Source: a virus. Taken from it: 64,000 nucleotides of DNA. The position numbers and the translations under genes were made by a program. Each line of letters opens with the position of its first letter. Positions within the stretch are counted from its first letter, which is position 1. The notes below the pieces were generated by a model. That model was not told the origin of the DNA, searched no databases, and was given only the letters and a program-made list of their open reading frames with translations. The stretch lies in the IMG/VR virus record IMGVR_UViG_3300025133_000033; one strand, 5' to 3'. This document shows, piece by piece, positions 30,254 through 38,848 of this stretch.

Positions 30254-30694
30254 TTACTCAAATTTTTCTAGGTCATGTAGGGGGTATGCAATCACATTTG
30301 TCTGTGGGCATTCAAGGTCGTAGTATACTTTGATTGCATCTTCTGTAATACTCTCATCCCAATCGCGAGAGTCACGAAATTCTTTAAACGACAGGGTTCT
30401 CTGCATAGTCTCAAACTTAACATAACAGATAGGAGACAGGAACCATTCAGGATAGAGGTCGTCCCAGAGGGTGTACGGGTTTTCACCGTTCCGGTTGACA
30501 CATTTAAGAAGTTCTTCACCATCAGCATCTTCTTTGCCCATGATGACGTACTTATGTTGGGCTACAAATAAAGGCCCAGAGAGAATACCTACAACCTTAC
30601 CCATTCCAGGCAGGCCAGTTCTTCGGGTTACAACAGTATCCCCAAGAGTTAGTCCGGTATCATAACTAATCTTATCTTCGTTTAATTCAGGCAT
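30254..30694 (-). CDS. hypothetical protein
   Basis: ORF in gene run. Confidence 0.6.
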   Translation of the reverse strand: MPELNEDKISYDTGLTLGDTVVTRRTGLPGMGKVVGILSGPLFVAQHKYVIMGKEDADGEELLKCVNRNGENPYTLWDDLYPEWFLSPICYVKFETMQRTLSFKEFRDSRDWDESITEDAIKVYYDLECPQTNVIAYPLHDLEKFE

Positions 30695-31037
30695 CTTCGT
30701 CTACCTCATTACATGATGAACAAATCCAAGCCACAGGAATATCACTATTCATTTTTGTTAAATAAAACCATCCTTTAGCAGGAGGCTGGCGATCATCCTC
30801 CGGTTTGAATCCTGGCATCCTTTCTCCGCAATCCACGCAGAGACCATTCTTTAACGAGTAGTCATGGAATACCTCAATCTCTTTAATTATATCTAGATGT
30901 TCCTCTGTAACTTCCTCGTCAGGTAGATCACCGAGAAAGACGATCTTCTTATCAGGGAACATCTTCTGCAACTTTGCTACCATATCCATGTCCATGTCAT
31001 CGCGGTGAGGAAGTCCTTGATTATTGTCTTGGATCAT
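30687..31037 (-). CDS. hypothetical Zn-binding protein
   Basis: CVDC...CSSC. Confidence 0.6.
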   Translation of the reverse strand: MIQDNNQGLPHRDDMDMDMVAKLQKMFPDKKIVFLGDLPDEEVTEEHLDIIKEIEVFHDYSLKNGLCVDCGERMPGFKPEDDRQPPAKGWFYLTKMNSDIPVAWICSSCNEVDEDA

Positions 31038-31061
31038 AGCTTTTCTCTATTAAAAGTAAAG

Positions 31062-31143
31062 TGTGCCGAGAGGGATTCGAACCCCCAACGTTTCTTTGTA
31101 ACTGATTTACAGTCAGCGTGCTTCACCATTTGCATATCGACAC
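31062..31143 (-). tRNA. tRNA-Tyr(GTA)
   Basis: GCTGA-CTGTAAA-TCAGT, long variable arm. Confidence 0.88.
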
Positions 31144-31151
31144 ATACTAAG

Positions 31152-31223
31152 TAGGACTGGAAGGAATTGAACCTTCAAGGCCAGCCTTATAAGAGCTAGT
31201 GGAGTACCATCTCGCTCAGTCCC
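31152..31223 (-). tRNA. tRNA-Ile(TAT)
   Basis: TAGCT-CTTATAA-GGCTG; A discriminator. Confidence 0.75.
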
Positions 31224-31228
31224 ATAAG

Positions 31229-31300
31229 CTGACCCCCTGCGATTTGAACGCAGAATACGAGGACCAAAACCTCGTGTGTTACCTGTTACACCAAGGGCCA
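31229..31300 (-). tRNA. tRNA-Gln(TTG)
   Basis: CGAGG-TTTTGGT-CCTCG; U1:A72. Confidence 0.9.
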
Positions 31301-31313
31301 ATAAAAAGCCTAG

Positions 31314-31386
31314 TATCGCGGACGGGAATTGAACCCGCATAGCCCAGCTTGAAAGGCTGAGTGCCTAACCAATACAGCACCGCGAC
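31314..31386 (-). tRNA. tRNA-Glu(TTC)
   Basis: TCAGC-CTTTCAA-GCTGG. Confidence 0.88.
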
Positions 31387-31394
31387 ATATATAA

Positions 31395-31510
31395 GTCTAC
31401 CCTGCGGGAATCGAACCCGCTTGCGTTTCACACTCTTACGCCTTATGTTTCGAACCACTCAACTTATCGAGCCTAGCTAGTTACGCACGCCACCACGGTT
31501 CAAGAGCAGA
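31395..31510 (-). ncRNA. tRNA-like RNA with 8-bp acceptor, T arm and ~55-nt insert in place of the anticodon loop
   Basis: TCTGCTCT/AGGGTAGA, GCGGG-TTCGATT-CCCGC, TGCGT/ACGCA stem. Confidence 0.55.
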
Positions 31511-31527
31511 TAAAAAGTGACTCGTAA

Positions 31528-31803
31528 AAGAATCAGTGGGAGAAGCAAGAGGGGCTTTGTACCCTCTCCGGTCTACCAATGATACTTCCTCATTCAAGTT
31601 CTTCTCATTCTAATACTAACGATCCTTGTCTCGCCAGCATTGATCGTATCAATCCTAATAAAGGGTATATAACTGATAACATTCAATGGGTTTGCTTAAT
31701 AGGTCAGTATTGTAAAAATATATACTCTATGGAAGATGTAATTAAATTTTGCAATGCTGTAAGCAAAGGGGCTGGAGGAGGATTTGAACCTCCAAACACT
31801 TGA
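31528..31803 (+). pseudogene. HNH-type endonuclease fragment
   Basis: WEKQEGLCTLSGLPM...SIDRINPNKGY..DNIQWVC; in-frame stop upstream; antisense to the tRNA cluster. Confidence 0.7.
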
Positions 31804-31842
31804 TTTAATACAAGCCGCTTTGATCTATTAGCGTACCCAGCC
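31769..31842 (-). tRNA. tRNA with atypical 8-nt anticodon loop (TATTAAAT), identity undetermined
   Basis: Intact acceptor, D and T arms. Confidence 0.6.
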
Positions 31843-31852
31843 AAAATAAAAG

Positions 31853-31920
31853 CAGCGAGCGATGGACTTGAACCACCATATCCTGTGCCCAGGCAGCATT
31901 AGACTTATGCCGAACTCGCT
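31853..31920 (-). ncRNA. tRNA body with anticodon loop reduced to 4 nt (CCTG-GGCA-CAGG)
   Basis: AGCGAGT/GCTCGCT, GGCAT/ATGCT, GGTGG-TTCAAGT-CCATC. Confidence 0.6.
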
Positions 31921-31983
31921 GTAAATTAAGATAAGTGTTTATGGGTTTTCCACTATAGTTGACCCTTTATTTTTTTTTCTGAG

Positions 31984-32058
31984 TGGTACGAGGAGGATTT
32001 GAACCCCCGACAACCGAACGCTTCAAGATCGTGCTCTACCAAGCTGAGCTATCGTACC
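31984..32058 (-). tRNA. tRNA-Phe(GAA)
   Basis: Canonical D arm AGCTCAG..GGTAGAGC; loop TTGAAGC; one stem mismatch. Confidence 0.75.
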
Positions 32059-32299
32059 ATATCGTGGATAAGCCCTGAATCATAGCTATTCGCTCCTCAA
32101 GTACCCCATAGGACTTATTGTTGTGCCTATCGAGCTTGCCCCTGTTAGTGGGTCTCTTACTGGGACGCCACGACGCCCCCGGTATCCGCCGAACCGACCT
32201 CTTTACCTTATGGCTTTCACGTTACGGGCTAATAACTCATAAAGCTGGGGCAATCACCCCCCTTCCATCATCTAGCTCAGGAGCTAGACTAGCTACTAA

Positions 32300-33139
32300 T
32301 TAAGTAGCGTGGATTTCATCGCAGTCATAAATTCTATACTCACATACCCCAATACCTGAAGGATTAGGGGAATCGTCGTCCCACCTATTGTTTGTGATTT
32401 GTAAGTTTTTCTCGTGACTGACCTTCTTGTCTTTTTCTTTATAATGCTCAGTTCTTAAGCTTTCGTGATGATTCATTTGAAGAATAAGGGGATGCCCTTG
32501 GGTTTCCTGGAACGTATATAGTTGATTCAATCTATCATACATATCGTTGTCTTCCCAGCCCCACCCCTCCATTAGCTCGTCGTACCCTCTTACCGCTAAA
32601 AAGGCAGTCATAGTCATACTCATAGTGCCTTTGCCCGGAATCGGAACTCTTAGCACCGGAGCCCGCAGAGCACGGCGACTCTTAGCATCCCACAATCGGG
32701 TTCTTCGTTGTGCCGCACCCCCAGGTCCATATTCGGAGCGATACCAAGCCCCTGGTTCAGTTAAATGTGCTCCGCCTCGCAATATAGGAAGAGAGGCATT
32801 GATTAACCAAAGAGGCTCAACTAATACATCAGAATCTAAAAAGTTAATGATATTAGCATCTGCCAACATAGCCCCACAATTCCTTGCCCTAGACAAGTTA
32901 AAGTAATCGGTTTTATCCTCTACTTTTATTACTCGTAAATTGGGCAGGGGATTGCGATGGAAATATTCAAATGTACCGTCAGGACAGCCATAGTCTACAA
33001 GCACCACTCTATAGGTAAACGTATCCCTGGTATCTTGGCTGCACATCTTAGGCAGCGTATCTTTAAGGAAGTCCAGCCTACCTTTACACGTAACAACAAT
33101 AGCTACGTCTTTAGTAGTCTCGGGCGTATCTGACCCCAT
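32300..33139 (-). CDS. GT2/GT7C-type glycosyltransferase, copy 1
   Basis: VLVDYG, FNLSRARN.G, DSD, GYDE.MEGWGWEDND. Confidence 0.9.
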   Translation of the reverse strand: MGSDTPETTKDVAIVVTCKGRLDFLKDTLPKMCSQDTRDTFTYRVVLVDYGCPDGTFEYFHRNPLPNLRVIKVEDKTDYFNLSRARNCGAMLADANIINFLDSDVLVEPLWLINASLPILRGGAHLTEPGAWYRSEYGPGGAAQRRTRLWDAKSRRALRAPVLRVPIPGKGTMSMTMTAFLAVRGYDELMEGWGWEDNDMYDRLNQLYTFQETQGHPLILQMNHHESLRTEHYKEKDKKVSHEKNLQITNNRWDDDSPNPSGIGVCEYRIYDCDEIHAT

Positions 33140-33240
33140 TAAGCCACCTCCAATTCAGGTTGAGCCTCGAATAGCTTGGTAAAGGTATCCTTTTTCAATT
33201 TATCCAGCCACCTACCTCCGCAATCTTGACAGTAAAACAT
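33139..33240 (-). CDS. 33-aa chimeric mini-ORF (MFYCQDCGGRW + C-terminal tail of the TerD-like gene)
   Basis: GGAGG RBS, ATG at 33240, TAATG overlap with the GT start. Confidence 0.5.
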   Translation of the reverse strand: MFYCQDCGGRWLDKLKKDTFTKLFEAQPELEVA

Positions 33241-33381
33241 TACCTACCTCCAATGAATAAAGTATCCCAATCCGCTCCGACCTCGTTGCCTTATACTTTC
33301 CCGATTAAAAATCTTCCAGTATAAAGCTGGGGCAATCACCCCCCTTCCATCATCTAGCTCAGGAGCTAGACTAGCTACTAA

Positions 33382-34227
33382 TTAAGTAGCGTGGATTTCA
33401 TCGCAGTCATAAATTCTATACTCACATACCCCAATACCTGAAGGATTAGGAAATCCTCTTCTATTGTTTGCGATTTGCATATTTATCTCATGACTGCGAT
33501 GCCTATTCTTTTCTTTATAATGTTCAGTCCTTAACTCTTCATGATGATTCATTGACGAAATCAAGGGATGCCCCTCGATTTGATGGATAATATACAACTG
33601 ATTCAATCTCACGTACATATCGTTGTCTTCCCATCCCCATCCCTCCATTAGCTCGTCATACCCTCTTACCGCTAAAAAGGCAGTCATGGTCATAGCCATA
33701 GCACATTTACCCGACATTAAAACATCTTTGATATGATTAATGGCAGATATATCTGTAGCTCTCTCTCCCTCGCTATAAATAGCTTCTCCTGCCGCATACA
33801 TAGTGCCTCCAAGACCATACTTAGAGCAATACCAGTCTACAGGATTAACTACGTGTGCTCTATCGTATCGTATAGGCTTAGTAATATTATACAGCCAAAG
33901 AGGTTCTACTAATGTATCGGCATCTGAAAAGTTAATGATATTAGCATCTGCCAACATAACCCCACAATTCCTTGCCCTAGACAAGTTAAAGTAATCGGTT
34001 TTATCCTCTACTTTTATTACTCGTAAATTGGGCAAGGGATTGCGATGGAAATATTCAAATGTACCGTCAGGACAACCATAATCTACAAGCACCACTCTAT
34101 AGGTAAATGTATCCCTAGTGTCTTGGCTGCACATTTTCGGCAGCGTATCTTTAAGGTAGTCCAGTCTACCTTTACACGTAACAACAATAGCTACATCTTT
34201 AGTAGGCTCGGGCGTATTTGACTCCAT
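33382..34227 (-). CDS. GT2/GT7C-type glycosyltransferase, copy 2
   Basis: Near-identical N- and C-termini to 32300..33139. Confidence 0.9.
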   Translation of the reverse strand: MESNTPEPTKDVAIVVTCKGRLDYLKDTLPKMCSQDTRDTFTYRVVLVDYGCPDGTFEYFHRNPLPNLRVIKVEDKTDYFNLSRARNCGVMLADANIINFSDADTLVEPLWLYNITKPIRYDRAHVVNPVDWYCSKYGLGGTMYAAGEAIYSEGERATDISAINHIKDVLMSGKCAMAMTMTAFLAVRGYDELMEGWGWEDNDMYVRLNQLYIIHQIEGHPLISSMNHHEELRTEHYKEKNRHRSHEINMQIANNRRGFPNPSGIGVCEYRIYDCDEIHAT

Positions 34228-36011
34228 TAAGCTACCGCCAATTCAGGTTGAGCCTCAAATAGCTTGGTAAAGGTATCCTTTTCCAATTTATCCAGAGACA
34301 GATCAACATCTGCTTCATCAGCTTCGTCAACAAACTGAACACCCAGATCCAACAGTAGCTCGTTAAAGCTAAGAGGATTAGACCATTGCTGGTATAGTGC
34401 ATTGATAGCTTGCTGTGGGTTACGACCAGACACTCTCGCGTGACCTGCACCAAAATTCAATAGCACAAAGGCATGTTGCTTTACACCTCCAAGCTTAGGA
34501 GGCAGTAACATTCCAACTACAGTTTGTTTTTGTACAGAATTACACTTAACTTCCATAAACAGGTTGTTAGGGTTCATCATGTACTTCATATTAATACGAT
34601 CTCCACGACCGACAATGATCTTGTAGCCCGCATCAGGATTACCGCTATACACGTTATTCATGATCAGGTATGCCTGAGACAAACCCTCCGATGAATATAG
34701 GTATTCTACCGCACCATCTGGAGCATTAGTAATATCTCCAGAATACGCTAGAACATCATCGCTATAGCTAGAGTTCCATCCAATCTTACCTCCCTGAACA
34801 TCCAATGCCGACAGGTCATGATCGTTAGCACCCCAATCATTACGCCAGTATACTCCGCAGGCCAATCTCTCACCATAGAACTTAGTTCCAGTTGGGACAT
34901 TTCCCACGAACATCTTTTCAGATGTAGGTATAGCATACTCTACGTCACGAGGCAATAAGACCTTAGTACCAGTCAAATCGAATCTCAGCTTAAGGTAATC
35001 GTACAGAATACCAAAGTTAGTCACAGGAATAACAACCGAACTAGTTGCTTTGTCTGCAATCCAACTCTTACCATTTCTAATTCTGTAAACAAAATCAGTC
35101 TGGCGACCCATACGATTATAGCACGCAGTAAGTGCCTTGAACAACGCAAACGGAGTCGCATTGTCCAACCAGTGTCTATCTGCATCTGTCAGCTTACGCT
35201 GAGTTACCAAGTTCAGAGGGTTAGTCACAAGAGGCTTATGGTTGCTCTTGGACAGCTTACTGATCTTGTTAATTACTTTAGGACATTGACCCTTGAACGC
35301 TAGGAATAAAGGCTTAAATCTATTGAAGATTTCCGCCAGCTTACCAAGACCAAAGCTTTTTAGTTGAGCCGCAGGATTAAAGTTAGTATCTTTAATCTTA
35401 GCGATCATCTCTGGACTCTTAATCAGCAGGGACTCTCCAGTCGCTCTGAAGAGAATGTAACGAAAAAACTCCATTGTATCTGTAGGTAAGATACCATACA
35501 TATCGGCAATCTTAATGATAGCCTCCTTGTTCTTGATACCTTCCTTGCCAGTAAACGAGTAGTCTAGCTCGTCAACAAGCACCGACAGTACGTCGTTAAT
35601 TGTTTCTTCTGTTAAAGCAATACCGCTTTGCAACATACCAAGACACTTCTTAGTCATCGCAGTCTTGCAGTACGATTTAATAACCGTATACTTTAACTCC
35701 AGACCAGGAACCTCAAGTTCCTCGTCAGGGATGTATATTTCTCCCTTAAGGTCAGTACCATAGGTAGACAGATAGTGTCTGATCTGCTCGACCAACAACT
35801 CGTAACGAGACGAGCTGATCACCTTCTCCCATGACTTATGGAAGGTTTTGTTCAGATCATTACCGCTCAGCTTTTGCTCAGCATAAAATGCTACAATATT
35901 ATCCTTAGCCCACATAGCATCAGACTGGATAACATACCCTTCGTCAGATACGAATACTTCTGCCTTAGATGGCTTAGCAATAACAGCATTAAACAACTTC
36001 AGTGTCTTCAT
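34227..36011 (-). CDS. large protein with helical N-terminus and C-terminal TerD-like domain
   Basis: GVYW...DHDLSA...GWN...YSGDITNAPDGAVEYL; start MKTLKLF with GAGGA RBS. Confidence 0.7.
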   Translation of the reverse strand: MKTLKLFNAVIAKPSKAEVFVSDEGYVIQSDAMWAKDNIVAFYAEQKLSGNDLNKTFHKSWEKVISSSRYELLVEQIRHYLSTYGTDLKGEIYIPDEELEVPGLELKYTVIKSYCKTAMTKKCLGMLQSGIALTEETINDVLSVLVDELDYSFTGKEGIKNKEAIIKIADMYGILPTDTMEFFRYILFRATGESLLIKSPEMIAKIKDTNFNPAAQLKSFGLGKLAEIFNRFKPLFLAFKGQCPKVINKISKLSKSNHKPLVTNPLNLVTQRKLTDADRHWLDNATPFALFKALTACYNRMGRQTDFVYRIRNGKSWIADKATSSVVIPVTNFGILYDYLKLRFDLTGTKVLLPRDVEYAIPTSEKMFVGNVPTGTKFYGERLACGVYWRNDWGANDHDLSALDVQGGKIGWNSSYSDDVLAYSGDITNAPDGAVEYLYSSEGLSQAYLIMNNVYSGNPDAGYKIIVGRGDRINMKYMMNPNNLFMEVKCNSVQKQTVVGMLLPPKLGGVKQHAFVLLNFGAGHARVSGRNPQQAINALYQQWSNPLSFNELLLDLGVQFVDEADEADVDLSLDKLEKDTFTKLFEAQPELAVA

Positions 36012-36032
36012 GATCCTGGTCCTCGATAAAAA

Positions 36033-36420
36033 AGGTGGAGAGTAAAGTTTGGCAGGCCCGTTCCCCGAGGGGTGGGCCAATCAGTGAAAATAGGAACTCT
36101 CGTTACCCGTTCGTTTCCTTGTTTTATTAAAGTGATGGAGAGTAAATTAAGGCGGGGTTACCGCCAGTTTTCATAGATAGGAACTCTCTTTACCACTCCT
36201 TCAATTGTACTATTTGTTTCGTATAAAGCAACCCCTAAAAATAAAAAGATGGAGAGTAAAATCTGACATATATATAGGAACTCTCTTTATCTTTTGTTGT
36301 TTTAGAAAGGCGGGAAGTAAGGATTCGCCATTGAAAAGAATAGGAACTTCCGGTGCCCATTGGTTAAAAAGGCGGGGGATAAGGTACTTACAATAGTTAT
36401 ATATAGGAATCCCCGTTGCC
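36033..36420 (-). repeat. array of five structured repeats (stem-TTCCTAT-variable-TTA-stem)
   Basis: Units 36033-36108, 36131-36197, 36244-36295, 36308-36358, 36371-36420 with compensatory stem changes. Confidence 0.9.
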
Positions 36421-36591
36421 GTTATACTCTACGACTCGTTGGTTGGTTGTGATTCTCTTAACTCTTCCAACCATTGCATAAGCTTTTCTACCTTTTCTTC
36501 TGTAGTCTCTTCTTTTTTAGTTGACATTAGCCTTCACTTTTGCCTCCACCTTGATTTCAGTGATGCATGTAAAACTTATCCAAAAAATGAG

Positions 36592-36666
36592 CGACCCCAA
36601 CCGGAATCGAACCGGCAACCTCTAGATCGACAGTCTAGTGCTCTAACCTGATTGAGCTATGAGGCC
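36592..36666 (-). tRNA. tRNA-Asp(GTC)
   Basis: CTAGA-CTGTCGA-TCTAG. Confidence 0.92.
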
Positions 36667-36822
36667 AAATTATTAGTGGAAGTAAAAATCGCTTACAACT
36701 TCTTCTTCTACATACTTCTTTATATATATACGCTAGGATGAACCAACTTGTTAGGTATCTCATACATAAGACAAAAAGCCCTATGCCTAGCGTAAGTCTC
36801 AAAATATAACTCCAATATTTCT

Positions 36823-37095
36823 TTAGTCAACATAAGGCTCTGCCACTGTAATACACTTTGATGTATCTTCGTAACTTGAACCAGCAGTCATCGCACCAGG
36901 ACTCTCAACGCCACTATAGTAGTAACTTTGATTGATGCTACTAATACCCTGTGACACATTCTCAAACTCATTAATGACAGCAGTACGAACACTGTTCAAA
37001 CCAGTCACCAAACCTGCGACTAGAATACCACTCACCATAATATATTCAGCGGATATGATGCCGCCAATTTCATCAGCCCATAGTTTTCTCAACAT
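36823..37095 (-). CDS. Flp/type IVb pilin-like protein
   Basis: LWADE.GG|IISAEY (E+5, Y+6) followed by a hydrophobic helix and INQSY. Confidence 0.8.
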   Translation of the reverse strand: MLRKLWADEIGGIISAEYIMVSGILVAGLVTGLNSVRTAVINEFENVSQGISSINQSYYYSGVESPGAMTAGSSYEDTSKCITVAEPYVD

Positions 37096-37134
37096 AATTG
37101 ATCTCCTATTTTCATAAAATTTACCCTTTATAAG

Positions 37135-37208
37135 TCTGGATGAAAGGAGTTGAACCTTCGACCCCTTGGTCCCAAACCAAGTGCTCTACCAAGCTGAGCT
37201 ACATCCAG
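37135..37208 (-). tRNA. tRNA-Pro(TGG)
   Basis: CTTGG-TTTGGGA-CCAAG. Confidence 0.93.
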
Positions 37209-37213
37209 TCAAG

Positions 37214-37287
37214 CATGTGCGGCAGGAATCGAACCTGCAACCGGCAGTTTTGGAGACTACTGCTCTCCCTAATTGAGCTACGCACAT
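37214..37287 (-). tRNA. tRNA-Trp(CCA)
   Basis: GTAGT-CTCCAAA-ACTGC. Confidence 0.92.
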
Positions 37288-37359
37288 ATACAACAGCTTA
37301 TTCTACACCAACTGTACCATCCGATGTACCGTTTGTCAGCATTTAAATTCCAAAAAAAG

Positions 37360-37431
37360 TAGGGACAGAAGGATTCGAACCCTCAATGTCTGGTTAGAAG
37401 CCAGAAGTGATTTCCATTTCACCATGTCCCC
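37360..37431 (-). tRNA. tRNA-Arg(TCT)
   Basis: TCTGG-CTTCTAA-CCAGA. Confidence 0.9.
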
Positions 37432-37510
37432 TCAGTATGTCCTTAATTATACACCATGTTTTCCAAAAAGAGATAGAAAAGAATAGGGGCCGAAACCCCC
37501 ATCCTAGTGG

Positions 37511-37753
37511 CTACTTCAAGGCACTCTCCATGTCTCTTTTCACCTTTTCTCCACAAGCCTTAATATCATCCATCTCGGTCTTAAGACCAGCGACCTCTTT
37601 CTCCACTTCCTTCATTCCAGCCTTAAAACTAGGCAGAACTTTACCGGCGTTACGGGCCAGTTTAGGAAGGGCACTTGCTCCGAACAGCAGAACCACAATT
37701 CCACCTATGATCAAGAGTTCAGTTACTCCAGGCATAGCGAATGCAAACATCAC
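37511..37753 (-). CDS. tatA: TatA/E twin-arginine translocase subunit
   Basis: PG..ELLII..IVVLLFG...LPKLAR..GK....FK.G. Confidence 0.85.
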   Translation of the reverse strand: MMFAFAMPGVTELLIIGGIVVLLFGASALPKLARNAGKVLPSFKAGMKEVEKEVAGLKTEMDDIKACGEKVKRDMESALK

Positions 37754-38301
37754 TTGTCCTCCACATTAATTACCATTGCTGGCGGGGTTGAAAGTTTAAG
37801 TGGCTTATCGCAGAGCATATATGTGCCTGCCCACTCAACGTAAGTTCCATCAGTTGTAAAGAAGAAAATAGCATCCCCATTCGATCCGTATGAACCATCT
37901 AAGTCAGGAGATGCCACTACCTGCGTATGAAGTCCTCTTTCAAAATTACTCGTTTCAATAATCTGCTCGGGAGTGGTCAATAAGGAGTTTACCGAACTCA
38001 CCTTGCCTTTAACAGTATAAAATGCCATTACCTTTCCATAGTCAACCAGATAGATATAGGACACTTTTGAATCTACATTAAATCGCCTAAGTCTCTCAAT
38101 CAGGTTCTTTCGTTCCTGCGATGCTTTTAACAACGGAGGAGGAGTCGTCTTTAAGTGGACTGTCTGTTGAGCCTCAGTCTTTTGCTGTTCGGCCAACTGG
38201 GTCTGTGCTTTTCTTTCATTAGAGCATCCTGAGCTAAGAGTAAAAGCAACCGCAAAGCCAAAAGCAAACACTATCACCCACACAATGTGTAATTTCTTCA
38301 T
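37750..38301 (-). CDS. putative lipoprotein
   Basis: Signal peptide ending LSSGC. Confidence 0.7.
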   Translation of the reverse strand: MKKLHIVWVIVFAFGFAVAFTLSSGCSNERKAQTQLAEQQKTEAQQTVHLKTTPPPLLKASQERKNLIERLRRFNVDSKVSYIYLVDYGKVMAFYTVKGKVSSVNSLLTTPEQIIETSNFERGLHTQVVASPDLDGSYGSNGDAIFFFTTDGTYVEWAGTYMLCDKPLKLSTPPAMVINVEDK

Positions 38302-38310
38302 TACTTTTCC

Positions 38311-38775
38311 TTATTCAGTAGGGATTGATTCGGGCAGTGTTACATCTCCTGCCTTAAATATTGATCTGTTGACCATACGAGACCTAGCATTGTACTCAGC
38401 CGCCAGATCTGCCTTCTGCTGCTTTAGACCCATCGCCACGCTCGATAGTCGAGCAGACTCCTCACGGTCCTCACGGTGCCAATCAGGGCGAGGTCCAGCG
38501 TCCTCTTTAAATTGTTCAACAACTTTATCTGCCTGGACGATCTTGGTATCAATAGCACCAATATCTTCATGGCGTTGCTTGAACCATTCATAATTGTAGA
38601 TTACATTATCGGCATCAATTGTCTTGTTGATAATATTAGCCCCTTGCCTAAAGGGATTAGCAACAAATCCAATACCTCCAATAACAATAGAGAAGAACAC
38701 TACAAAGCCAATAACCTTCCACATTAACGCTCCAGGTCCACGTTCCGCAGCACTTTCCCATTTATTCCAACTCAT
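38311..38775 (-). CDS. membrane-anchored coiled-coil protein
   Basis: N-terminal TM helix; YEWF..., EYNA.S motifs. Confidence 0.65.
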   Translation of the reverse strand: MSWNKWESAAERGPGALMWKVIGFVVFFSIVIGGIGFVANPFRQGANIINKTIDADNVIYNYEWFKQRHEDIGAIDTKIVQADKVVEQFKEDAGPRPDWHREDREESARLSSVAMGLKQQKADLAAEYNARSRMVNRSIFKAGDVTLPESIPTE

Positions 38776-38848
38776 ACTTTCTCCTTCTTTTGTTTTGTTT
38801 AACCTACTCTTTGCTAAATTGTACTTTACAAACGCAGAAAAATTGTCG

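Noticed and set aside
31113-31340. 75-aa ORF (also 1721..1993 5' part and 56998..57201)
   Set aside because: These overlap tRNA or tRNA-like genes on the same strand.
36012-36080. N-terminal extension of the 617-aa ORF
   Set aside because: It overlaps repeat unit 1; the ATG at 36011 has the RBS.
36033-36420. Array as CRISPR or as simple terminators
   Set aside because: Conservation is structural with two short boxes rather than identical direct repeats; the loops are large and carry an invariant motif.
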